NCBI GenBank assembly: GCA_016182185.1 | Contig: JACOXU010000002.1 | Location: 22,874-86,873 of the forward strand | Direction: 5' to 3' | Origin: Candidatus Levyibacteriota bacterium | GTDB taxonomy: Bacteria; Patescibacteriota; Microgenomatia; Levybacterales; UBA12049 | Length of the DNA stretch: 64,000 nucleotides | Shown: positions 37,618 to 47,007 of the stretch, one piece after another | Layout of the letters: each line of letters opens with the position of its first letter | Numbering within the stretch: the stretch's first letter is position 1 | Position numbers and translations under genes: made by a program | Notes under the pieces: model-generated | What the model saw: only the letters and a program-made list of their open reading frames with translations | Told to the model about the DNA's origin: nothing | Databases searched by the model: none

Positions 37618-37850
37618 TGAAGAAGTATTTTGATGTCAATAAATCTGCTCTAATAACGGCTATTTTAGGCGCTTTTTTGATCGGAATTATTATTTTTGGG
37701 TTATGGGGATATGGGAAATATTTTTGTGAAGGGGGAAAGCCAGTAAAAAATGTGCCTTTGCCCTCAGATTTAAAAGCCAGTGATTTTTCTTCAGCCTGCG
37801 CACAGGGTGATTATATTAATATTGCAATAAACGTACTGACAGCACAATGA
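37617..37850 (+). CDS. Small membrane protein, hypothetical
   Basis: 77 aa with one TM helix; coupled to the Fic stop and the ligase start. Confidence 0.3.
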   Translation: MKKYFDVNKSALITAILGAFLIGIIIFGLWGYGKYFCEGGKPVKNVPLPSDLKASDFSSACAQGDYINIAINVLTAQ

Positions 37851-39589
37851 AATTTTCAACTTTGGCAGAATATTTTGAAAAATTAGAAGGAACGAGCAAG
37901 CGTCTTGAGCTTATTGATATTCTTTCTGATTTATTTAAAAAAGCAGAAACTTCTGAAATCGGCAAAATTTGCTATTTGATTCAAGGCAGAGTGGCCCCTT
38001 TTTATGAACCTACAGAAATCGGAATGGCAGAGAACATGGTAGCAGTTGCGATCGGTCGCGCTTTCAATAAATCTAAAGAGGAGGTCATTAAATTATATCT
38101 GAAAAAAGGAAATATCGGGCTTGCAGCCGAGGAACTTGCTTCAAAATATAAGCACAAAGGAGAACTTTCAGTCACAGGGGTTTTTGAAGAACTGTTGAAA
38201 ATCGCTAAATTTGAAGGTGTTGGCACTGTTGAAAAAAAAGTTTCGACACTTTCGGATCTTTTGAAAAAAGTTAATCCCAAAGGTGCTAAGCATATTGTTA
38301 ACATTCCACTTGACACGCTTCGTCTCGGAGTAGGTGATCCGACTATTCTTGATGCACTTTCTCTTGCCAAGCATGGTGATAAATCCCTTCGGCCGACTCT
38401 TGAGGGTGGTTATAACAAAACAAGCGACTTAGGGCTTGTTGCAGAAACTTTCTTTAAAAAGGGAACGACAGGTATTAAAAGTATAGAGCTTATTGTAGGC
38501 AAGCCCGTACGGCCGGCACTTGCCGAACGTTTGCCATCGGCTGATGAGGCAATTAAAAGATTGGGAAAAGAATTCGCAGCAGAACCTAAATTTGACGGAT
38601 TCCGAGTCGCAGTGCACAAGAATAAAGATAAAATAAGCCTTTTTTCAAGAAACTTGGAAAATACTACTCATGCTTTTCCGGATTTGGTCGGTGGAGTAGA
38701 AAAAGAAGTAAAAGCAGAAAGTGCAATCTTGGAAGGCGAGGCAATCGCTTATAATCCACAAACACAGGAATTTCTGCCTTTTCAGGAGACTACCAAAAGA
38801 AGAAGAAAATACAAAGTCGAGGAAATGGCAAAGAAGCTACCCTTGGTACTTTTTGCCTTTGATCTTTTATATTTAAACGGTAGAGATATTACCCAGAAGC
38901 CTTATAAAGGAAGAAGAAAACTTCTGGAATCAATAATTGCCAAGGACGGCTTGGTCATAAAACTCTCAGAAGAAAGAATTCTTCATAAAACCTCAGAGAT
39001 TACGGATTTTTTCAACGAAGTAGTTTCAGAAGGACTTGAGGGTCTTATGCTTAAAAAATTAGATAGCCCGTATATTGCGGGAGGGCGGGGGTTTCATTGG
39101 GTGAAGTTTAAAAGATCTCAGGCCGGAGCGCTTGTCGATACTGTCGATTGTGTTCTGCTGGGAGTTTATGCAGGAAAGGGGAAGAGGACAGAATTTGGAG
39201 TGGGGGGGGTTCTCGTAGGAGTTTATGATGACAAAAAAGATGAATTTGTTTCTATAACAAGATTGGGAACCGGTCTGACTGATGATGAATTTCGAAGAGT
39301 GCATGAAATTTCAAAAAAATTGAAAGTAGAGCGCAAACCAGCACGAGTGAATTCTGATATAAAACCTTCTTTTTGGGTAGAGCCAAAAATAGTTTTAGAG
39401 ATTGCCTCAGATGAGATAACGCGTTCTCCAATTCATACTGCGGGAAGAGATAAAGATGGCTCGGGATATGCTTTAAGATTTCCCCGTTTGGTCAAATTTC
39501 GCGAGGCTGATAAGCGAGCAGAGGACGCAACCACAGTTGAAGAAATAAAAAAACTCTATAGCCAGCAATTTAACCACCGCAAGAAGTAA
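37847..39589 (+). CDS. ATP-dependent DNA ligase
   Basis: Adenylation motif I 'EPKFDGFRVAV' with the KxDG lysine; 'EGLMLK' motif; OB domain; 580 aa. Confidence 0.85.
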   Translation: MKFSTLAEYFEKLEGTSKRLELIDILSDLFKKAETSEIGKICYLIQGRVAPFYEPTEIGMAENMVAVAIGRAFNKSKEEVIKLYLKKGNIGLAAEELASKYKHKGELSVTGVFEELLKIAKFEGVGTVEKKVSTLSDLLKKVNPKGAKHIVNIPLDTLRLGVGDPTILDALSLAKHGDKSLRPTLEGGYNKTSDLGLVAETFFKKGTTGIKSIELIVGKPVRPALAERLPSADEAIKRLGKEFAAEPKFDGFRVAVHKNKDKISLFSRNLENTTHAFPDLVGGVEKEVKAESAILEGEAIAYNPQTQEFLPFQETTKRRRKYKVEEMAKKLPLVLFAFDLLYLNGRDITQKPYKGRRKLLESIIAKDGLVIKLSEERILHKTSEITDFFNEVVSEGLEGLMLKKLDSPYIAGGRGFHWVKFKRSQAGALVDTVDCVLLGVYAGKGKRTEFGVGGVLVGVYDDKKDEFVSITRLGTGLTDDEFRRVHEISKKLKVERKPARVNSDIKPSFWVEPKIVLEIASDEITRSPIHTAGRDKDGSGYALRFPRLVKFREADKRAEDATTVEEIKKLYSQQFNHRKK

Positions 39590-39639
39590 AATTTCAGTTG
39601 TGACAAGAATTGCCAATAAGTGTATATTACCCCCTGTGA

Positions 39640-40040
39640 TTAGTAAAGAAAAAGCAAGATCAACAATTCATCCTGATCTCGCTATTTTAAATACAGTTTT
39701 GCCGCCAAATAGAGTAGTAACCAGGGGAGAAAATAGAGATAATTTAGCTGCTCGTATAAGCATTTTATTTATTGATCCAGACAAGTCTTATTTACATCAT
39801 TATTGTCGGATTTCTGACGAGTTTTATCACGGAAGGAAAGTCGTCTTTTTATTATCCCATTCCCAAGAAGGTGTAAAAAGAGTAAGGGGAATAGCAGGGG
39901 ATGTAATTAGAGAAGGGGCAACGAGCACAGAACTTACAAGGGACCAATTGGCAGAGGTAGGCCAAAGACAATTTGCTGGAGGTTTTTGTTTTAGACTCAT
40001 TCACCCCGGCAAAACCGCTGAAGCTAAAAATGTAACTTAG
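39640..40040 (+). ncRNA. Candidate structured ncRNA (possibly RNase P RNA-like); the alternative is a 146-aa GTG-start ORF of atypical composition
   Basis: Promoter-like TGACAA-16-TATATT at 39603-39636. Long-range 9-bp pairing GTTTTGCCG (about 39697) with CGGCAAAAC (about 40007). Contains 'GGAAGGAAAGUC', 'ACAGAAC' and 'GGUAGGCCAAAGAC', reminiscent of RNase P CR-I/CR-V and the 'AGGCCAAAUAGG' region. The length of about 400 nt fits. Confidence 0.3.
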
Positions 40041-40055
40041 TGCTATAATGTTTTT

Positions 40056-41432
40056 GTGGATTTCGTAGCGGATCTTCATCTACACTCAAAATATTCCCGA
40101 GCTGTTTCTCAAGACATGGTTCTTCCTCAGATGGCAAAATGGGCACGAATTAAAGGAGTTGATGTTTTGTCTGCCACAGATTTTACTCACCCCCTTTGGC
40201 TTAGAGAATTGAAAAGTTTATTAAAAGAAGAGTATGAAGGTTTATATTCTCTTAAATCAGAAGCAGGAAAAACAGGACCTGACAGAACAACTCTCTTTCT
40301 ACTTTCTACAGAAATCTCAAGCATATATAAACAAGAAGATAAGCTTAGAAGAATTCATAATCTTGTCTTTGCTCCAAATATCGAGACAGTCGAGAAGATA
40401 AATAAAGAATTTTTAAGAAGAGGCTTTAATCTTTCCTCCGACGGAAGGCCGATTATCGGCTTGTCGTCTGTCGGACTTTTAGAACTTCTGCTTTCAATTG
40501 ACACAAGAATACTTTTGATCCCTTGTCATGTCTGGACGCCGCATTTTGGTATGTACGGGAGCGCCTCTGGCTTTGATTCTATTGAGGAGTCTTTTGGTGA
40601 ATACGGCAAATATATTTATGGAGTAGAGACCGGGCTTTCGAGTGATCCTGAAATGAATTGGCAAATGGCCGAGCTTAAAACCCGCTCGATTTTATCCTTT
40701 TCAGATGCGCACAGTAATCCCAAGATGGGAAGAGAAGCCACTGTTTTTGCTTTGCGCAAAAACGAAATCTCAAATCTCAAATCTCAAATCACAAATCTAT
40801 CATATGATGATTTTACGCAAGCGATTAAAAGAACTCCTGATTCGAAACTTAAAATAGCTTATACGATTGAGTTTTATCCTGAAGAAGGGAAATATCATTT
40901 CTCAGGACACAGAAACTGCAAGATAGTAAAAGGACCTGATGAGACAAGAAAGGATGGGAACATGTGCCCGGTCTGCAAAAAAAGATTAACTGAAGGTGTT
41001 CTCTACAGGGTACAGCAGTTATCAAGTGAAAAATTAATTGGAAATGTAGATGTCAAATTAAGTCCAAGCGGAATCAAATGGTATACGGACAAGACCAGAA
41101 CTCATCCTCCGTTTGTAAAACTTGTTCCTCTTCTTGAAATTATTGCCGAAGCATTGAAATCAACGACTTCAAGTCAAAAAGTCAGAAATGCATATACGGA
41201 TTTGTGCAAAGAATTCAAATCTGAAATTGAGATTCTGCTCAAGGTCCCGATTGAGACTATCGAAAAGACCGGTGGGCAAAAAATAGCAGAAGGGGTAGAT
41301 AAAGTGAGGCGTGGAGATATCGTAATTGATCCTGGATATGATGGGGAATATGGAAAAGTCAAAATTTGGAACGACCACAGTGTGACAGAAGCGACCAATG
41401 AGGCTATTGCTCAAATTGGAATTGATTTTTAA
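40056..41432 (+). CDS. PHP-domain metal-dependent phosphoesterase
   Basis: 'DLHLHSKYS' PHP motif I at the N-terminus; internal CxxC 'CPVCKK' ribbon. GTG start immediately downstream of a TATAAT box at 40045-50. Confidence 0.6.
   Translation: MDFVADLHLHSKYSRAVSQDMVLPQMAKWARIKGVDVLSATDFTHPLWLRELKSLLKEEYEGLYSLKSEAGKTGPDRTTLFLLSTEISSIYKQEDKLRRIHNLVFAPNIETVEKINKEFLRRGFNLSSDGRPIIGLSSVGLLELLLSIDTRILLIPCHVWTPHFGMYGSASGFDSIEESFGEYGKYIYGVETGLSSDPEMNWQMAELKTRSILSFSDAHSNPKMGREATVFALRKNEISNLKSQITNLSYDDFTQAIKRTPDSKLKIAYTIEFYPEEGKYHFSGHRNCKIVKGPDETRKDGNMCPVCKKRLTEGVLYRVQQLSSEKLIGNVDVKLSPSGIKWYTDKTRTHPPFVKLVPLLEIIAEALKSTTSSQKVRNAYTDLCKEFKSEIEILLKVPIETIEKTGGQKIAEGVDKVRRGDIVIDPGYDGEYGKVKIWNDHSVTEATNEAIAQIGIDF
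40765..40797. repeat. Tandem aaatctc heptamer repeat (x4), in-frame in the PHP gene
   Basis: aaatctcaaatctcaaatctcaaatcacaaatc, encoding 'EISNLKSQITNL'; same motif family as 22084 and 43508. Confidence 0.35.
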
Positions 41433-41472
41433 TCAGGAAAATTATAAGCTATATCAAGGAAGGAGGTGAATT

Positions 41473-41922
41473 ATGGATTCGACTACAAAAGGATTAACAA
41501 AATCTCTTGATGAAGCCTATGCCAAACTTCCTGCTCTTCCAGTAGGGATAAAAGAATTTATAGTAACTGTTGCGCCTTGGCTCGCTTTGATATTTGGTAT
41601 TCTTGCAATACTAGCCGGAATTTCTGCTTTTGGTTTACTTTCGGTTTTGTCTCCATTCGCGGCTGTTTCAGGTGCCGGTCAATATGCTATTTCAGGTATC
41701 ATTTCATCAGTAATTCTGTTGGCACAGGGAGTAGTAGAGCTTATTGCTTTCCCATCGCTTCAGGCAAGAAAAATAAAGGGATGGAATTTAATTTTCTTAA
41801 GCTTAGTACTTAGCGTCTTAAGCTCTTTAACTACCCTTAGCATTTCAGGTGTATTATGGTCGTTGATTGCGGCTGCAATTGGTTATTATTTCTTGTATCA
41901 AGTTAAATCTTACTATAAATAA
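41473..41922 (+). CDS. Small polytopic membrane protein, hypothetical
   Basis: 149 aa with four hydrophobic segments; strong SD GGAGGTGA upstream. Confidence 0.4.
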   Translation: MDSTTKGLTKSLDEAYAKLPALPVGIKEFIVTVAPWLALIFGILAILAGISAFGLLSVLSPFAAVSGAGQYAISGIISSVILLAQGVVELIAFPSLQARKIKGWNLIFLSLVLSVLSSLTTLSISGVLWSLIAAAIGYYFLYQVKSYYK

Positions 41923-41965
41923 TACAAGATATATTATTCTTAGCCTAAGTTAGAGAGGTGCGGTT

Positions 41966-42598
41966 TTGATGTTTAAAAATAGAGTCGAGGCAGGAAGACT
42001 ACTTTCTGAGAAACTTCGCCCATTCAGAAATAAAAAAAATACAATCGTAACGGGAATTACACGCGGCGGCGCAATCTTAGCAAGAGAATTAAGTCTAGAG
42101 TTAAATCTACCTCTTGATGTAATAGTTATAAAAAAAATAGGTGCTTTGAATAATCCAGAACTTGCTGTTGGAGCGGTGGGTCCTAAGAAAACAGTGTATT
42201 GGGATGATGAATTATGTATCAGGCTTCAAGTTTCTAAGCAAGAAAAAACAAGATCCTTAAAATCTAAAAACCAAGAAAGAATTAATCTTGAAAGATATTT
42301 AAGAAGGGGAAAACGAGCAAGAAGTTTAAAAAACAAGACAGTTATTCTTACTGATGACGGAATTGCTACCGGTTCAACCGTTCTTTGCGCACAAAAATTT
42401 TTTCGAAAACAAAAAGTAAAAAGATTAATTTTGGCAACACCAGTGATAGCAAAAGACACGTTAAGTAATATTAGTAAATACTTTGATGATGTTATAATAT
42501 TGGATACTCCAGGAGAATTTTATGCAATTGGGCAGTTCTATAATGATTTTACTCAAGTTTCAAATGAAGATGTAGTTAAGATTTTAAAGAGTAAGTAA
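41966..42598 (+). CDS. Phosphoribosyltransferase-family protein
   Basis: PRPP-binding 'VILTDDGIATGSTV'. Confidence 0.6.
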   Translation: MMFKNRVEAGRLLSEKLRPFRNKKNTIVTGITRGGAILARELSLELNLPLDVIVIKKIGALNNPELAVGAVGPKKTVYWDDELCIRLQVSKQEKTRSLKSKNQERINLERYLRRGKRARSLKNKTVILTDDGIATGSTVLCAQKFFRKQKVKRLILATPVIAKDTLSNISKYFDDVIILDTPGEFYAIGQFYNDFTQVSNEDVVKILKSK

Positions 42599-42604
42599 TT
42601 TAAT

Positions 42605-43225
42605 ATGAAAATTATAGTAGGGCTCGGAAATCCTGGGGAAAAATATGAAAAAACCCGACATAACCTTGGCTTCAATGTTATTGATAAATTTTTGAAAAAT
42701 TTCAAGAGCGTTTCTGAAAGCAATTGGAGAGAAGAAAGAAAATTCAAGAGCGATATCGCCGAATTCGAATTTAATCTTCGAAAGGGAAAACCTGAAAAAA
42801 TAATTCTTGTAAAGCCCAAGACTTATATGAATGGTTCTGGTCTTGCTGTTACTCTACTTTCCTCATATTTTAAAGTAAACACTTCTGATATATGGATTAT
42901 TCATGATGATATTGATTTGCCTTTGGGAAGTATGAGAATTCGCTTTGGAGGAAGCTCTGGAGGACACAAGGGAATTCAATCAATTATTGAAGCCATTGGA
43001 ACTGAAAAGTTTTGGAGATTTCGTTTGGGAATAAAGCGCGACAGGACAAAAGCTCATGATAAAAAAAACAAATTCATCAAAAAGGTTAATGAATTTGTTT
43101 TGGACACATTTAGCCATGATGAACAAGGAAAAGTAAGGGAGCTTATTAAAAAAAGCTGTTCGGGAATTGAGATGGGGCTTTTGAAGGGACTTGAAGGAAC
43201 AATGAACAAATTTAATACAAAGTGA
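42605..43225 (+). CDS. pth: Peptidyl-tRNA hydrolase
   Basis: 'IIVGLGNPGEKYEKTRHNLGF' catalytic N-terminus; 206 aa. Confidence 0.85.
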   Translation: MKIIVGLGNPGEKYEKTRHNLGFNVIDKFLKNFKSVSESNWREERKFKSDIAEFEFNLRKGKPEKIILVKPKTYMNGSGLAVTLLSSYFKVNTSDIWIIHDDIDLPLGSMRIRFGGSSGGHKGIQSIIEAIGTEKFWRFRLGIKRDRTKAHDKKNKFIKKVNEFVLDTFSHDEQGKVRELIKKSCSGIEMGLLKGLEGTMNKFNTK

Positions 43226-43536
43226 TTTTTGTGAGCTCCCCGCAAATAAATTATTGTATGAAATCAATTAAACAAATTCTAGGAAATTTTGATCCAATTA
43301 AAGATAAATATATTTCTCGAGAATTTCAATCATATGGGATTTATATTGCCGAGACTTTGGATGATCTTAAGCATAGGGGGCTTTATATTAAACTTGCCAA
43401 AACAGTTCATCGTTCAATTCTTGAGAAAGCCCTGGCATATGTCTCAGACAGTAATGCCAAAAATAAAGGAGCACTTTTTATGTGGAAACTCAAAGAATTA
43501 AGAAATAACAAATCTCAATTATCAAATCTCAAATAA
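43222..43536 (+). CDS. Hypothetical protein
   Basis: 104 aa; the C-terminus runs into the AT-rich repeat (encodes '...NKSQLSNLK'). Confidence 0.3.
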   Translation: MIFVSSPQINYCMKSIKQILGNFDPIKDKYISREFQSYGIYIAETLDDLKHRGLYIKLAKTVHRSILEKALAYVSDSNAKNKGALFMWKLKELRNNKSQLSNLK

Positions 43537-43560
43537 GTTCAAAATCTCAATTATCAAAAA
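43508..43560. repeat. AT-rich short repeat, two copies of aaatctcaattatcaaa
   Basis: Copies at 43509-43525 and 43540-43556, straddling the stop of the preceding ORF. Confidence 0.35.
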
Positions 43561-43637
43561 ACAAAACAATTGAATATTTGGATTTTGAACTTCTAGTTTA
43601 ATTAGAGCTTGAAATTTAGGCATTGAAATTTTTACTT

Positions 43638-43904
43638 ATGGTTGCCAAGGTTTTTATTTCAGGTTTTGTTCAGGGAGTCGGCTTCAGGCAGCATATAAAA
43701 AAGAAAGCCCGATCTCTAGGTCTTACTGGGTGGATTAGAAATCTTCAGGATGGAAGAGTCGAGGCTTTATTCTCAGGATCAAGAGAAAAAATAGAAGAGG
43801 TAATTTCAGAGTGCAACAAAGGTCCATTTCTTGCGGAAATTAAGAATGTGACAGTTGAGTGGGTTGATTTAGATGAGGAATATACCGGCTTTAAGATTAT
43901 TTAA
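43638..43904 (+). CDS. Acylphosphatase
   Basis: 'VFISGFVQGVGFR' and 'GWIRNLQDGRVE' acylphosphatase signatures. ATG at 43638; the track start at 43623 is TTG. Confidence 0.75.
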   Translation: MVAKVFISGFVQGVGFRQHIKKKARSLGLTGWIRNLQDGRVEALFSGSREKIEEVISECNKGPFLAEIKNVTVEWVDLDEEYTGFKII

Positions 43905-44715
43905 TTTTCTTTAATTCTTCATCTATTAGGGTTTTAAAAGATGCGTATGGCTGTGCTCCTACAATTAATTGACCGTTAATAAAAGTTGCAGGGGTACCGG
44001 TGACGCCCGCTTTTTGTCCTGCTGAAAGATCATCGCTCACATTTTTTGAATATTTATCAGAATTAAGGCATGAAGCGAACTGATCTTTGTTAAGACCTAA
44101 GCTTTCTGCAAAACCGATTAGTTTATCCTTAGCAAATGCTCCGGAGTTTTCAGGACCCTGGTTATTATAGAGATAATCATGATATTCCCAGAATTTATCC
44201 TGTTCGTTGGCGCATTCTGAGGCTTGTGCTGCCCAGGTTGATTCTTGTCCCAGAAAGGCATAGTGCCTGAAAGCTAATTTAACCTTTCCTGTATCAACAT
44301 AGTCCTTTTTAAGATTCGGTATGGTATCTTTGAAGAATCTTTCGCAGAATGGACACTGAAAATCAGCAAATTCTATAATAGTTACTTTTGCATCATTTTT
44401 TCCAAGTACTGGAAGATGCCCATTATCGACTTTTACTCTTACCCCGGGTGAAGGAGCCTGATTTGGAACTGTTCCCTGGATTCCTGTTTGAGTCTGACCA
44501 GTTTGACCCTGCCCTTTTTCCACATAGGAAAGTTTTGTAGATAAGGCTCCGAGGAGAAATGCGGCAACTAGAAGAAGAACTAACAATATTGGCGTGTATG
44601 ATTTGTCGGTTAAGTTTATTTTATTTGAATTTTTTTTTTGAGGGCTTTGAGAAGTTTCAATTTTGTTTTCAGCTTTTTCTGCCACTATTTTTCTTCCGAC
44701 TACCTTTTTTGCCAT
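43897..44715 (-). CDS. Membrane-anchored thioredoxin-fold protein, DsbA/BdbD family
   Basis: One TM helix, then 'FADFQCPFCERF' CxxC active site. The start is likely the ATG at 44713-15, just downstream of a TTGACA-17-TATACA promoter-like element; the track ORF extends to 44751. Confidence 0.65.
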   Translation of the reverse strand: MAKKVVGRKIVAEKAENKIETSQSPQKKNSNKINLTDKSYTPILLVLLLVAAFLLGALSTKLSYVEKGQGQTGQTQTGIQGTVPNQAPSPGVRVKVDNGHLPVLGKNDAKVTIIEFADFQCPFCERFFKDTIPNLKKDYVDTGKVKLAFRHYAFLGQESTWAAQASECANEQDKFWEYHDYLYNNQGPENSGAFAKDKLIGFAESLGLNKDQFASCLNSDKYSKNVSDDLSAGQKAGVTGTPATFINGQLIVGAQPYASFKTLIDEELKKIK

Positions 44716-44970
44716 GTGGCAATTGTATATAGATAGTCTTGTTTTTGTCAAGCACTAAAACCCAAAGGAGTAAATAAGACATTCCAAAATGCCCTTAGCA
44801 GATTTTCATCTTTCGGATTTTTTATAAAATAACTCTTTCTTTTTGTTTTAAGATTGTGTCCAATGTTTTTTTTACCTCTAAAACATTCCCTCAAATCCCT
44901 AAAAGATAATGGTGTCGGCCAGGAACTTAAAAATGGTTCTGTATAGATATCTTTCATTTTTCACCTCCTT

Positions 44971-45186
44971 TCACAGATTTTTCAAAATTTGATATAAAAT
45001 AAATAACAATGTTAATAAAGCAAGGAAAATATTCACAGTAAGAAGCTTATTAAAAAAAGAGGGAAGGGAAATGGCCAGTTCATTCTTGGCCTTTTCGGAA
45101 TAAAACGTGAAGAGAATATTGTAAATTGTTATAGCAAGAACGAGAAGTAGTGTGGCTACGTAGACGATAAAAATTAGATAGTTCAT
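44971..45186 (-). CDS. Small two-TM membrane protein, hypothetical
   Basis: 71 aa hydrophobic ORF. Confidence 0.25.
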   Translation of the reverse strand: MNYLIFIVYVATLLLVLAITIYNILFTFYSEKAKNELAISLPSFFNKLLTVNIFLALLTLLFILYQILKNL

Positions 45187-45188
45187 AT

Positions 45189-45836
45189 TTATAACGCTTC
45201 GGCAACTCCTCCCGGAAAAATCTCTTGGGTGATTCTATAGGGTTTTTCTTTATTTCTTGGTCTATACCAGATAGGATTAACCATGATGTCAAGTTCTGCT
45301 TTATTCATATCCAAAACATCGGCCAAAAGAAAACCTACTGATTTGGGATCTTTGACATTCATAAAACAGAATTCTTCTTGATGAGTAGGCCTGTCAAAAG
45401 TTATCAATACATTTCCGATATCAAGTATTTGATTTATAAAGCCTTTCTTTTCAATATCAATTTCTGTGGATTTCACCTGATTGAGAATTACATTATTGAT
45501 GCTGCTTGCAAAGAGAGGTTTGTAGCTTACTTCAAGAACTCGTCTGTTTGTCAGAAGATAAAAATGACAGTGCCAATCAGCAATCAATTTAGAAATTATT
45601 GTTAGGGCAGAAAGGAGAATTACAAAATTCAAAGTTAAAAATAAATTGTTTTCAGGGAAAAATTGCAGAAACACAAAAAAGTTTACTCCCATAAGAAGAA
45701 AACTAAGCAGTACTGTTGAAAATATTGATAGAATAAGCGGGAACCAATGTTGCCTTCTTCGCAAAAGTATTTTTTCGCGGGGATCTACCAGAGGACTATC
45801 ATATATCGGCTTTGTAACATGCCTACTTTTTATCAT
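45189..45836 (-). CDS. Membrane protein with C-terminal bacterial PH-like domain, hypothetical
   Basis: Two N-terminal TM helices followed by a domain of about 110 aa. Confidence 0.35.
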   Translation of the reverse strand: MIKSRHVTKPIYDSPLVDPREKILLRRRQHWFPLILSIFSTVLLSFLLMGVNFFVFLQFFPENNLFLTLNFVILLSALTIISKLIADWHCHFYLLTNRRVLEVSYKPLFASSINNVILNQVKSTEIDIEKKGFINQILDIGNVLITFDRPTHQEEFCFMNVKDPKSVGFLLADVLDMNKAELDIMVNPIWYRPRNKEKPYRITQEIFPGGVAEAL

Positions 45837-46020
45837 AACGAAAGTCCTCCTTCTCTTAAAATGAATCGATAAATTCTACATAGCGATTTTTGATTGCATT
45901 CAGTGCCTTATGAAACCTTTATACATTATATTTAGCCAATTTTCAGTAATCTAGATTACTAATTCTAGAACTTGAGTTCATGCTTATGTTATAATTCCGA
46001 GGCTTGGGGGAACTAATAAA

Positions 46021-46668
46021 TTGGATCCGTCAAAAAAGATCGTAAAGTTTTTTGCTCAATTTAAGACTCATGCAATTAAGAAGGGAAGAACCTTTTTGAA
46101 AGCAGGGGATACCCCTCGCGGAGTTTATTTTATAAAGAAAGGTTATGCCAGAATTTATTCAGTCTCATCAGGAGGGAAAGAATTAACTCTTGTAATCTAT
46201 CAGCCGGGAGAATTTTTTCCAGTTGTTTGGACATTTACTTCAAAACCGAGTATATATTACTATGAAGCACTTAGTGATTTAGAAATATCAATCGCTCCCA
46301 GATTACAATTTGTCAAATTTACCAAAGAGAACCCTGATGTCTATGAAGAAGTTTTGAGGGGAATTATTGAAAGATTCCAAAATGCCTTAAAGCGCATGCA
46401 ATATTTAACTTTTGGCAATGTCAGATCTCGTATTGCATCGGTGTTTTTAATTTATGCAGAGCGTTTTGGAGTTAAAAAGGTAGAAGGAGAGATTCAGCTT
46501 CCTGTTCCTTTCACCCACAGCGACATTGCGAATATAGTCGGTGTTGCAAGAGAAACTGTGAGTATAGAAATCAAAAAATTTCTAGACGGGGGAATTATCG
46601 GTCATACCGGAAGATTTTTCATTATAAAAAATAAAAGAAGATTAGCAGCCGAAGCAAGTCAACTTTGA
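46021..46668 (+). CDS. Crp/Fnr-family transcriptional regulator
   Basis: cNMP-binding-like beta-roll in the N-terminal part; C-terminal HTH 'RSRIASVFLIYAERFG...HSDIANIVGVARETVSIEIKKF'. Confidence 0.75.
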   Translation: MDPSKKIVKFFAQFKTHAIKKGRTFLKAGDTPRGVYFIKKGYARIYSVSSGGKELTLVIYQPGEFFPVVWTFTSKPSIYYYEALSDLEISIAPRLQFVKFTKENPDVYEEVLRGIIERFQNALKRMQYLTFGNVRSRIASVFLIYAERFGVKKVEGEIQLPVPFTHSDIANIVGVARETVSIEIKKFLDGGIIGHTGRFFIIKNKRRLAAEASQL

Positions 46669-46679
46669 TTGGTTTCCTC

Positions 46680-46708
46680 TTGACAAGTGATCAAACTAAT
46701 GTTATCTT
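46680..46708 (+). promoter_or_regulatory. Sigma70-like promoter for the CsoR operon
   Basis: TTGACA-17 nt-TATCTT, about 40 nt upstream of the csoR-like ATG, which carries the SD GGAGGGAGG. Confidence 0.35.
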
Positions 46709-46745
46709 AATCTAGACCTATATCCTAGGAGGGAGGATTATAAGA

Positions 46746-47006
46746 ATGCAACCAAATGGTAAACAGCAGGTAATAAGAAGACTCAGTATTATCGAAGGTC
46801 ATCTCAAAAGAGTCAAAAAGATGGTTGAGATGGAAGAATATTGCCCCAATATTATTCAGCAATCCTCGGCAGTTCAAAGCGCACTTCGAAAGGTCGATGA
46901 ACTTTTACTTGAGGGGCACCTGAAAGATTGCGTTACCAATGCGATTAAATCAGGCGGAGGAGATAAGGAGATAAAAGAACTTCTAGAGGCATTCAGTAAG
47001 AGGTGA
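46746..47006 (+). CDS. CsoR/RcnR/FrmR-family metal-sensing transcriptional repressor
   Basis: 'RRLSIIEGHLKRVKKM...YCPNIIQQSSAVQSAL...EGHLKDC' fits the W-X-Y-Z Cys/His pattern of CsoR-like repressors; 86 aa. Confidence 0.75.
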   Translation: MQPNGKQQVIRRLSIIEGHLKRVKKMVEMEEYCPNIIQQSSAVQSALRKVDELLLEGHLKDCVTNAIKSGGGDKEIKELLEAFSKR

Positions 47007-47007
47007 T

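Noticed and set aside
40765-40797. Tandem aaatctc repeats considered as a possible CRISPR array or microsatellite
   Set aside because: The units are 7 nt with no spacers and lie in-frame inside a CDS. It is not a CRISPR array. No repeat/spacer architecture of 25-40 nt was seen anywhere in the window.
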